Made by a program: the position numbers and the translations under genes. Of a DNA stretch of 64,000 nucleotides, positions 52,701-64,000 are shown piece by piece. Under the pieces are notes generated by a model, which was not told the DNA's origin, did not search any database, and saw only the letters and a program-made list of their open reading frames with translations. The first letter of the stretch is position 1. Each line of letters opens with the position of its first letter. This stretch comes from Neocallimastix sp. 'constans' (Eukaryota), in assembly GCA_050613775.1 (NCBI GenBank), contig JBODTK010000118.1, forward strand, positions 434,001 through 498,000, in the 5' to 3' direction.

Positions 52701-53799
52701 TTTTCAAGTCTTTCAAGTCGACCAAAACTATCAGGAATAGCATTGATAGCATTACTTCCTAAGTTACTATTAAAAATCATAAAATTATTTTATTAATTAC
52801 TATACTCAATCTTGTATGAGTTTATTTTTTTTTCATATATTTTAGTATTTATATTTAAACTTATTAATTTTACTTACATATTTTCAAGATATTGAAGATT
52901 TGAGATACCAGATGGTATAGTTGTAATATCGTTATTGCTTAAATCACTATATTCAAAATTTATATTTAATATAGATATATTAACAATACATTATTATTAG
53001 TATTGTTCATTTATTTAATATTTTACTTTTATTTATATATATATATATAATTTCATACAGTGATATAAGATTACTAAGAGAAGTTAATTTTTCAAAAGCT
53101 TTATTATCAATATTATTGGAAGATAAATCACTTTCGAAATTTTATTAAAAAAAATAAATATATTACATAAAAAATTATTAATAATTTAAAAGTATAAACA
53201 ATATATATATGCATGTAGATGAACTAATTATAATATAATTTACAGTATTTCAAGTTTTTTGAGATTACTGATTCCATCTGCAATTTCAGTTACATTTGAA
53301 AATGTTATTGTTCTTTCATATTTAATAATATAATTTTATCAATTTTTTATAATAATAATCATAATAACAATAAAAAAATAATAAATATAAAGTTAATTTC
53401 TCGAAAATATACTTCTTAACAATAATAGAATAATATTAATAAAAAAAATATATATAATAAAACAAAAAAAATTTATTTAAATACAATGATTTTAAATCAG
53501 TCAAAGAGTAAATCAAATCAGAAATACTATCACTTGATTCTTCTAATTTATTACACTTCCTAAAATAATTAAAAATTAAAAAAAAAAAAAAATATAATTA
53601 ATATAACTTTACTTTTTTCCTATTTTTTTTAATATATAAATACACATTACAATGTATTAATATTTCCTGCATTGTCAAGAACACAACTTTCTACACTATA
53701 ATTTTTTAATTGGCTTTTCAAATCATCACATTTGTCTGCTAAAGCAAATGAGCTAAATAAAGCCAGACTTAAACCATTAAATATTTTATTAAATTTCAT
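49792..53799 (-). CDS. Secreted LRR + Thr/Lys-rich linkers + 7x CBM18 protein, paralog B; exons 53799-53651, 53559-53485, 53312-53244, 53130-53059, 52946-52878, 52766-52698, 52600-52532, 52377-52309, 52149-52081, 51942-51871, 51703-49792
   Basis: Signal peptide MKFNKIFNGLSLALFSSFALA; nine 69/72/75-nt phase-2 LRR exons (e.g. NLGSNAINAIPDSFGRLERLEKL); last exon matches the 654-aa ORF with seven hevein modules and KNVTTT/KTTS repeats. Confidence 0.93.
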
Positions 53800-54129
53800 A
53801 TTGATTAATAATAAAATAATTTTAATAATAAATAAATATTATTAAATTCAGTATGAGCGAATAATGTGAAAAAAAAAAAAAAAAAAAGTAGGAATACTTT
53901 TAATTTATATATTTATATTTCTTAAATTATTCTATAAAATTTTTAACTATTTTGGAATAAATTAATTTTTACAATTCCGTTTAATTACAGAAGAAATATG
54001 TAATTAATTAAAATTTAATTACATTTTATTTTATTTTATTTTTTTTTTTAATTTTAATATATATTATTAATTATAATTTATATAAATAAAAAAAAAAAAA
54101 AAAAAAAATTAAATAAATTTTATTAAAAA

Positions 54130-54710
54130 AAGAAATTCCTAATGTATAATCCATTAAATATAATTAATTAAAGCAGATAAATTAAGCTAGTATTAATATA
54201 TATTGAAATATATTACATTAAATTACATTGCAGTTAATTATATAAAAAAAATTTACATAATAATATAATTAAATATATTTTTATTTTAATTATATTATAT
54301 ATATTACAATATATTAAACTCATTAAAATATATATTAATTAAAATTTAAAGAATGTGGCTATATTAATTATTACATTTAATTAATTAATTAATAAAAAAG
54401 TTAAATTTATATTTTAAATATAAAAACGATACTTTAATATATGGATCATACATATTAAATTAGTTATAAGAATATGGTTTTATTATATTCACATAAACCA
54501 ATTGATCTTTTTTGATAATGTAATCCAGTAAAATATGTAGATATACACATACCATAACAAAAAGATAAAAGACCATTTAAAAATGATAATGTACATAATA
54601 TATATTTAATTCTTAAACATCCATTTCGTTAATGAATACAACCAAGAAATACGTTAAAATTCATATAATATAGCTAATTATAGAAAATCATATAACAAAT
54701 AACTAATATA
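54130..54710. promoter_or_regulatory. Conserved upstream block of LRR-CBM18 paralog B (homologous to 44020-44490)
   Basis: Same shared strings as 44020-44490; further homology 55930-56060 vs 44600-44750. Confidence 0.55.
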
Positions 54711-56354
54711 TTGATAATTTGTTAACTTTTTTTTTTTTCATTTATTATTATTAAAGGGATGTTGTAGTAAACGATAAAAAAAAAAGTATCTTTTAACAGT
54801 TTCAGTGTTATATAAGTATTATTAATTATCGAATATATAATTATAAAGTTATCACTTTATATACATATATATATAAAGTATAAAAAAGTATAAATAAGTA
54901 TAAAAAAGTATAAAAAAAAAAAAAAAAAAAACAAAGTAAAAAAAGGTTTTTTATTCTTAATTAAAATGATATTAAAATTCTTATTAAAAAGGTTTTTTTT
55001 TTTTTTTTTTATATTTTTTATTTTTTATTTTATTCTATTTTATCTACTCTTAGTTATTAATACCGGTAATACCAGTTATAGAAAATAGTAAAAATTATTC
55101 TAGATCTACCTTAATGAAATTGTATTTTTTTTCTACCTTTTGTAAATATTGGATGTAATTAAATGAATCTAAATATATATACCTAATATTCGATATAAGT
55201 TTCAAAAAAGAAAATCTATTAAACACTTAATATAAAAGAACTTTCTTCATTAAAACTACTTATAGTATTTATACTATTTATAATAATTAGAAAATAATAA
55301 AAAAAAAAAAACTAAATAATTTTTCTTTTTAATAATGATAAAAAAAAAATAATAATAATTTATTTTATTTTACGGAAACTTTAATTAAGATGTTCAATAG
55401 ATAAAATGATTAAATAATTATTTAAATAAAGTTTTTTTTTTTTTTTATATATATAATTCCTATAAATTTCTAACGGGTCTGTCTTTTAAAAATTAAAAGT
55501 TAATAATTACTGAATAATAAATGAAAAATAAATATTATATATTAAATAATAAACTATCTTAAATGGAAAATTTTGTTTTCTTGAAGATTATTATAAAATA
55601 ATTATTAAAAAATGATATTCTTAACAATGCTTAAAAAAATAAATAATAAACTAAAAATAAAATAAATAAAAGAAATAAAAGAAATAGATATTATATTTAT
55701 ATATTAAAAATATTATATAGGCTTCGAACATTTCATAATCTGTGCATTAACTATTTAATAAAACCTTTTCACTTTTGTTATGTACAATTACGCTGAATTA
55801 ATAAACATTGATCAGCATAAAAAAAGAGTAATAAAGTTTTATTAAAGTTTTAATTAAAAATTATTTAATTACATTATAATAATACAATACAAATAAATTA
55901 CAATACAAATAAATTATATAAAATTTATACAATGTAAATAAAATTTTTTATAAAATTTTTATAATTAATTACTCCATACAAACCTTAGATAATAAATACA
56001 ATTTATTAAATACAATTTAATAAATACTTAAATATACACTGTGTATTAAAAATCTATTAAGATAATACTATGAAAAAAAGACACTATAATAATTAAAGAA
56101 ATAAATAATTAAAAAATAAATAAAATAATAAAAATTGAATGGATATTTCTAAGAGCAAACTGCCCAAAATAAGTCGCTTAACCCAAATAAATACTTAAAA
56201 ATTATGTATAGATAAATATTAGTCTAAATAAATAAAATTATATCAAATTAATTAAATATTAAATACCATTTATAAAAATATATGATATATATATTTTTAA
56301 ACAAAATATTCAATGAATTGTATATTGTTTACTATTTTTTATTTGATAAAACAT

Positions 56355-56385
<31 letters not shown>

Positions 56386-58625
56386 TTCAATCTTTTTTTA
56401 TCTATATAAAATAATTTTTCCAAAAAAATTTAAACTTACATAAATATGTATTCTAACTATCAATTTTGATCAATTATTTATATATTTTAATATATACATA
56501 ATTATTAATTATATAATATAATATATATATTTTTTATTTATTTTATTATAATTTTATTATTTTAACTTAAAATTATTCAATTATCAAAATTAAACTATAA
56601 ATACTTTATATTATTTTAAAAAAAACTAAATAATTTAAACTAATTTTATTACATAGAATTCTATAAACTATAAAAAATTAATTTTAATATAAAGAAATAG
56701 GACTCAAAAATATTAGAAATAAATTAAATAATAAATAATAAATATAAATAATTGAATAATAAATAAATAAATAAATAAATAAATAATAAATAATGAATAA
56801 TGAATAATTGAATAATGAATAAATAAATAAATATAAAACAAATAAATAATACATATAAAATAAATAAATAATACATATAAAATAAATAAATAATAAATAT
56901 AAAATAAATATAAAATAAATATAAAATAAATATAAAATAAATATAAAATAAATATAAAATATAATAAATAAAAGTATAAATAAACAGAAGTATTAATAAT
57001 AAATTTATGTATATTAAATCTATATTAAAGAATTTTCATTCATAATATTATTTATAATTACTAATTTATATTTCTTATATAAAATAATTTTACGTTAATT
57101 CATAAAGTGTGTTATATAGTGTATGTATGAAAAATGACAAAATAATAATCGAAGAAAATACCACATTGGAAATCTTAAATGATTCCAATTTTTAAATCTT
57201 GGAAACAAGATTTAAAATTATTGTCTCGTTTCTTCTATGCAATCACTTTTGTTGCTAATATTTATACTTTTAATGATATTATATATTTCAAATGCGGATA
57301 ATACAAAATTTGATTTATAAATCAAATTTGATTTATACTAAAAAATGATTTCGAAAAGTATAATGTACAAAATAAGTAATATTATGAACTAAAAAAAGAA
57401 AAAAAAAAAAAAAAAGAAAAAGAAAAAGAAAAATTATAATAATGAAATTAATAATTTAAATAATAATAAAAATAATTATTTCAAAAAAAAAAATAATAAT
57501 AAATTCAAATATAAAAGTCAAAATTAATTCAATTAAATAAACAAACGGGAAATATAAATAAAACAGGAAGCAATATACAATATTTCATTACAAATGATGA
57601 AAAAAAAAATAATAATAATAAATTAAACCCTATTGAGGAAAATTTTAATAATTTAAATAATGAAATTAATTCAATTATAAATATGATAATAAAATAATTA
57701 AGTTTTAATAATATAAAATAATAATAATAATAATAATAATTTAATTGTAAATGTAAATGTAAATAAACTATTAAGAAGTAATTTTTGTACTAGTGGTGTT
57801 GTATAACCAAAAAGAAAAAAATTAAGTTGCAAATTTAAATAATAATAATTATAAAAATTGAAAATAAATTAATAGATTCAGTAAAAGAAATGGAGTTACT
57901 GTAATTAATAAATATTTAATTAAAAATTTATATATATATAAATAAAAAATAAATATAAAATAAATAAAAAAAAAAAAATAAAAAATAAATAATAGTAAAA
58001 TAAAATAAAAATAAATATATAAACAAATAAAACAAATATAAAATAAATATAAAATATATAAAATAAATATAAAATAAATATATAATATATAAAATAAATA
58101 TAAAATAAATATAAAATAAATATAAAATAAATATAAAATAAATTTAAAAATATAAATATAAATAAAAGACTAGTAACAAAAAAAAATAATTATAAATTTA
58201 TGTCTATTGTACCTTTTATATTTTGGTTCGGGATAGCGCATTTCGGAACCGCACGTGATTAATTATAAACAACATATTTTAAGGTGGCATATTATATATA
58301 TTTTTTTATATAAATAAATAATTGAATAATAATTAAATAAATAATTTATTTTATAATAATTTCAAAATTTAATATTTAATAATAATAATAATAAAAAAAA
58401 TAAAATAATAAAAAAGATTAAAAAAATAAAATTATTAAATATTATTATTAAATAAGTAAATGAATAAATTAATAAATAAATAAAAATATTCAAACCTTAA
58501 TTAAATTAATTTTTATTATTTAAACATAAATTAATGTCATAAATCAAGTTTTAATCTAATGATTTTTTAATGTTCTTTTATATGTGGCTTGATTCCTAAA
58601 TATTAATTATACATTATAATTAAAA

Positions 58626-58661
<36 letters not shown>

Positions 58662-59018
58662 TTTTACATTAAAATCGATTTTGAAAATGTTAAAAAATTG
58701 AAGAGAATAAATAGATAATGATACTAATAGTACGAACAGTATTAATTATATAAAAGATTATATATATATGTTAGATTAAAATATAATAATGATATCATGT
58801 TTTGTCAATTATTAAATTATAAATAATTATTTATTTAGTAGATTAAAATATAATATTTTATAATCCTTTTTTTTTTAAAAAAAAAAAAAAAAATATGACT
58901 AAGATTATAAAAATTATTATATTATAAATGATTATAAAAAATTATTAAATTATAAATAATTATTTTAATTTAGTGGGTTAAAAAAAATTATCTTTTTTTT
59001 GTTTTAATACTAGGATTA

Positions 59019-59118
59019 ATGAGAGAGGAGGACAATAGGTCCTTTAGTCTCTCCCTTAAGCGTATTAAACTCTTAATGGATACTTTTGTCATACCGTTTC
59101 AACAAAAAAAAAAAAAAG
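59019..59118 (+). mobile_element. Short GC-richer element with stem-loop and poly(A) tail (SINE or truncated LINE 3' end)
   Basis: gagag..aggac-aatag-gtcct..ctctc hairpin, then ...ataccgtttcaac(A)n. Confidence 0.45.
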
Positions 59119-59137
59119 ATTAATAACCAATAAATTT

Positions 59138-59188
<51 letters not shown>

Positions 59189-59720
59189 ATTAATTAATTA
59201 TAAAATTAATTATTTTAATAATTTAATAAATTATTTTTTTTTTTTTTTTTGGTTAATTATTTAAATAATCTTATTTCGATAATAAATTCTATTAATGATT
59301 AAAATTTAAATAAATAAAATTGTGTATATTAATTAAGATAATTAATAAAATGGGGTATAATGAAGAGATCATAATTAAAAATATCTCAAAAGAAGTTATA
59401 TAATGAATGAATAATAATTAAAATTATTACAAAAAAAAAATATTCAATCTTAAAAAACATTATGATATATACTTTTCAAAATTCAAGAGATTACCATATT
59501 ATTAAAGACTAACATATATTAACATATAATCATTTATTTAATTACAATCATTAAAAAAAATTTTTTTGTTATAATTATTTTATTTAATTAGAATAATTAA
59601 AATTTTAAATTTTTATTTAAATTTTTTTTTTTTCTAAAATAAAAAAAAATATTTATATATATATATAAAACGAAGAAAAAAATTTTTTGAATATTTTAAG
59701 ATAATAATAATAATAATAAA

Positions 59721-59751
<31 letters not shown>

Positions 59752-59825
59752 TAAATATATATTACATCCTTATTATAAAATTTTTGAAATAGTAATAAGA
59801 AGAAAAAAAAAAGTATTTTAAGAAA

Positions 59826-60381
59826 ATGAAATTAATTCTATATAAAACTCTTGCTATTATTATAGCATTAATGTCAATAGGTTTTGTAGAAGGTTGTCAT
59901 AATAAAAAATGTAAGCAACATAAACCAGAACTTATGAAAAAGTAAGTTTTTTTTTAAAAAAAAAAAAAAATATAAATTTATTACAAATATTATTTCAAAA
60001 TTATAATTTAAAAAATAAAACTAAAATATATTATTTATTATTATCATTATTAATAAAAAGAACTATTAATTATTCAGCTTATGGTGCTCTTGATGTATAC
60101 TATGATAATAGTTTAAAAAAAAAGAGAAGACCAGTCGTTGTTTATGTTCATGGTGGTGGCTGGTGTGAAGGTAAAGAATTATTTAATTATAATTTAAAAA
60201 ACAATTTTTTTTTTTTTATTTTATTTATTTAATTTTTAAATTTTTCGTCATTGAAAAAAAAAATATTTATATATATATATATATATATAAATTTATTTTA
60301 TTATGAATTATAAATGATTTATTAATTATTATAAATTATTAAATGTATAATAAATTTAATAATAATTTAATAATTAATTAT

Positions 60382-60412
<31 letters not shown>

Positions 60413-61165
60413 TTTTTTTATTTTTATACATTTTCTCCATAAATAGGTAGTAAGGAAAAAGAAAAATATATGGGAGAATTTTTCCAAAATAATGATTACG
60501 TCTCCGTGATGGTGGACTATCGACTTTATCCAGAAACTGAAAGTATTGATGATATGGTAGATGATATTTATCATGCCCTTAAGTGGACAACGAAACATAT
60601 TCGTGAGTATGGAGGTAACAAGAATGAAATAACGCTTATAGGACATTCTGCTGGTGCACATTTAGCAACCTTAACCATTGTTAAAGCTGCACTAAGAATA
60701 AGAATTAATAGACATTCACTTTCTCCAATTCATATTAAACATTTAATATCTTTAAATGGACGTCATAAGATTGATGAAGGAGAAGAACTTTTAGCAGGTA
60801 TTGAACAATTAAAGCAATTAGGAAATATTCCAGGACTTAGTTTCCTTGCAACGTATGCAGAAGCAAGAGAGCACCTTTTAGTTGGTAAAGGAGGATATGA
60901 TCAATCTAAGATATTGAAAGGTTACAAAGATCAATCTATTAAGACACTTGGTGCTAAAAAATACACGTTTGTTGAATGTGATGAAGATAATGTAGATCCA
61001 TTAGGATTAGCAGAACCAATGATTGAACAACTTGAACGTACCGTTAGAAAAGTTGAAATTGATCACAAAATCTATCATGGAGGACATTCCTACATTCTTG
61101 ATGGTATTCAAAATAAGGATGAAGAAATAGAAAAAGAATTACTTGATATGGTTGAATCTATTTAA
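59826..61165 (+). CDS. Secreted alpha/beta-hydrolase (HSL/BD-FAE-like esterase); exons 59826-59941, 60061-60170, 60447-61165
   Basis: Signal-like MKLILYKTLAIIIALMSIGFVEG; LDVY, PVVVYVHGGGWCEGSK, DYRLYP, nucleophile GHSAG, putative Asp (DNVDP) and His (GGHS); GT-AG introns in frame. Confidence 0.92.
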
Positions 61166-61201
61166 TTAAATTAATAATTTTAAAGAAAAAATAAAAAATC
61201 G

Positions 61202-61243
<42 letters not shown>

Positions 61244-62407
61244 ATTTTAGAACACATATATAATGATTAAAATAATATAATAATAATAATAATAATAATT
61301 ATAATAAAATTTTTTTTAATATTATTTTTTTTCTTGCTACTGCTATTATAGAGAATAAAAATAGAAAAAAAATTATATATTTATATATATAATGTTAATG
61401 ATAATTGTATTATAATATATTAATATCATTAATAAAAAAAATAAATAAATAAATAAAAATAATATAAGTAAAAAAAAAATCTTTTTATATAAAATACTAT
61501 TTATAAGAATAGACGTAGATTAATTAAGAATTAGTAAAAAGTTTTAAAGAAGATTAAAAATTAATATTAAATAATAATAGTAGAAAATATTTTGTTAAAA
61601 AAAAAAAAAAGAAATTATTGAAATTTCATTTTAAAATGAAATAAATCAAATACAAAATAAATATTTTAATGAGTAATACTATTTAATATTGATTATATAT
61701 TATACATTCCATTTTTAATATGTATATGTTTATTGATTTATTTTTTTTTTAATACTTTTAATAAATATATATAAATAATCTATTTATATATTATAAGTTA
61801 TACTTTTAATTTTCAGATGTTGCTATTTTAAAAAAATTTCTTTAATTATTTATGTAATTTCTTATATATATATATATATATATTTTAAAATATAATTTAA
61901 TTTGTTTTTTTTTCCAGTTTTATTATCATAGATTTTTTTTTTTTTTTTTTTTTTTGAATTTATTCTTTATAAGGTTCTAGAAATAATTTTGTAATAATTA
62001 ACAAAAGCATTCTATTAAAATTTCAATCATTAATTTAAAAATAAAATAAAAAAAAAAAAAAAAAAAAATAAAAATAATTATCTAAATAACAATTACAGAA
62101 ATATTTTAATTATACCATTAACAACAGCAATAAATAGTGAAATAGTATAATTTTTTATGTTCATATAAATAATAAATTAAAACCATTTAATTTTTATCAG
62201 ATTTTGTAGTTAATCCAAATTTATTATCATCAAAATTTATTTTCAGCGTTGACGCTCCTTAAAAACATTAAGAAAAAAAATTAACCATAACACCTAATGA
62301 GCGATGCTTTGATTTTTAACCATTACCCCTTCATATCATAAAAAAATAAGATGGTCTCCCTTTAAAGAACTCCTTTGAAGGAAATACGTCCCTTAGGAAT
62401 TTAATTA

Positions 62408-62489
<82 letters not shown>
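62408..62489. repeat. (AAT)n microsatellite
   Basis: Pure aat run of ~80 bp. Confidence 0.95.
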
Positions 62490-62490
<1 letters not shown>

Positions 62491-62969
62491 CTAAAATAAT
62501 AATGAATCTATTAAGAAAAACAGAACAAAACAAAACAAAGCATATATATATGTATTATTATTATTTTTTTTATTTAATTAAATCATTATTATACAATTAA
62601 TTATTATAAAAATTTTATTAATCTGTTATTTAAAAAAAAAAAAAAATAAATATTTTTTTTATTCTCTATATAAAAAAGAAATATAATATTATATATTTAA
62701 ATAGGTAAATTGTTGAAAAATGAAAAAAAAAAAAAAATAAAAATAAAAACTTTTAAAAATTAATTTTAAAAAATAAGTATTAATTATTTTATATACATTA
62801 ATTATTTTTTTTTTTATTTTTACCAAAAAGGATAACTAACTTTTTTTTTTTTTTTTTTTTTTTTTTATACCAAAAAGGATAACTGACTTTTTTTTTTTAT
62901 AATAGATTTAATAGAATAGCTTAGTAACCACCGTTAATTAATATTTAATTGTTCTACTATTGAGTAAAT

Positions 62970-64000
62970 TTAGTTATGATCATCGCTAGTTTCTTCATAT
63001 GTTTTAAGGAAACCATTTGAGTTATAGAGACCATTAGATTGAATGATATAACCCAGATTACCAATTTCAGGAGCTTGATTATCACCATCATTGAAAATAA
63101 TACTTGATCCATCAAATCCAGAGGATATATCGACGGAATAAATGTTATTATTATCATTATTATTAACCTTGGTCATCGTTTTTCCTGGCCATTGAGTTAA
63201 TTCAACTACAATAGTTCCTATTTCGTTATAAAGATAGGCGAAAGTATCATTTCCCCAAGAGCTTGGTTTTTCGAAATATAATTTAAAGGAATGATGATGA
63301 TCTTGGAATTCATTACTACCAACATCTTCAGCGCCGTCATCACTAACACTACTATTAATAATAATATTTCTAGAGGTTTCATCATTCATACCAAGATTAA
63401 TACTAATATTTCCGGAGGTTTCATTACCACTACTATCGCTAGGGGTTTCGTCATTATATAAGACGGTGACCGAACGACCAAGAAGAGTACCAGTAATTTT
63501 GCTATCAGCAACTTTAAATTTATTGGTATTAGTATCATTATTGGTTGGATTGACGTAATCACCATCGGCTAAATTTGTTACACTCTCCAGATTGAGTTGA
63601 TCTTGATTAAGATTAATAATGACGACACCTTTTTTACCACGTTCAATCATAAGAACTTTAGAATCCTCATTTGGATTTCTTAAGTATTCATTTTCACCAA
63701 CCATAGCATTACGGAAGAAATTAACGGCCGCAACAGAAGCATCCTTATACAATGGATCACCTTCATCTCCAAGTTGAGATTGATTTGGAAATTGAGGATT
63801 ACCACCACCTCCTCCAAGAGGTCTAGAGAAGAACAAAGGGGTGGTTTGTTCTCTGGAAGCAATGAGAGCCCAACCTAATTTAATTTGTTCATTCGTTAAG
63901 TAAACTGTTTTTTGATCATCATTAGAATAGTTATCATGCGATTCTACCCAAGTAATAAGTCTATCGGGATGAACATCTGCATTATAATTCATCACTCTTT
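62970..64000 (-). CDS. Alpha-amylase GH13 (Bacillus AmyE/GH13_28-like), C-terminal part with starch-binding CBM26-like module; 5' part beyond window
   Basis: Region IV LITWVESHDNY, PLFFSRP, AVNFFRNAMVGE, VLMIERGKKGVVIIN; after Ser/Asn linker YFEKPSSWG..AYLY..WPGKTM..IIFNDG; no introns in the visible 1 kb. Confidence 0.9.
   Translation of the reverse strand, partial: RVMNYNADVHPDRLITWVESHDNYSNDDQKTVYLTNEQIKLGWALIASREQTTPLFFSRPLGGGGGNPQFPNQSQLGDEGDPLYKDASVAAVNFFRNAMVGENEYLRNPNEDSKVLMIERGKKGVVIINLNQDQLNLESVTNLADGDYVNPTNNDTNTNKFKVADSKITGTLLGRSVTVLYNDETPSDSSGNETSGNISINLGMNDETSRNIIINSSVSDDGAEDVGSNEFQDHHHSFKLYFEKPSSWGNDTFAYLYNEIGTIVVELTQWPGKTMTKVNNNDNNNIYSVDISSGFDGSSIIFNDGDNQAPEIGNLGYIIQSNGLYNSNGFLKTYEETSDDHN

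Noticed and set aside
56740..56970. AAATA/AAATATAAAAT arrays (also 58020-58145) as telomere or satellite
   Set aside because: Generic low-complexity AT sequence typical of the whole window
57120..57900. Coding-looking plus-strand stretch
   Set aside because: Frequent stops, no recognisable motif or consistent splice model
1..64000. tRNA, rRNA or snRNA genes
   Set aside because: None recognised by eye; GC islands examined lacked cloverleaf or known motifs. A tRNAscan-SE/Infernal run would be needed to exclude them

Overview
Extremely AT-rich eukaryotic genomic DNA with short GT-AG introns, long poly-A/T tracts and (TAA)n microsatellites. Composition, codon usage and gene content (CBM18 arrays, ankyrin relics, an intronless bacterial-type GH13 amylase) point to an anaerobic gut fungus (Neocallimastigomycota); this is inference, not a database result. 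Eleven protein-coding genes were reconstructed by hand: the 3' part of an RGS-PX-Nexin_C sorting nexin, an 11-exon HPRT, a large Asn-rich protein, a membrane-anchor/DUF4359-like plus alpha-SNAP-like fusion, an intronless MFS sugar porter, two paralogous rhomboid proteases, two paralogous secreted LRR + CBM18 (chitin-binding) proteins, a secreted HGGG/GHSAG esterase and the 3' part of a GH13 alpha-amylase with a starch-binding module. Intergenic DNA holds CE4 and ankyrin pseudogenes, LINE/Copia/Gypsy debris, palindromes and interleaved inverted repeats. The most striking system, whose LRR half is absent from the ORF track, is the LRR-CBM18 pair: each LRR sits on its own frame-preserving phase-2 exon, the predicted ligand-facing residues differ between paralogs, chitin-binding copy number differs (4 vs 7) and the non-coding flanks are strongly conserved. 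This suggests a diversifying, cell-wall-anchored recognition protein family.
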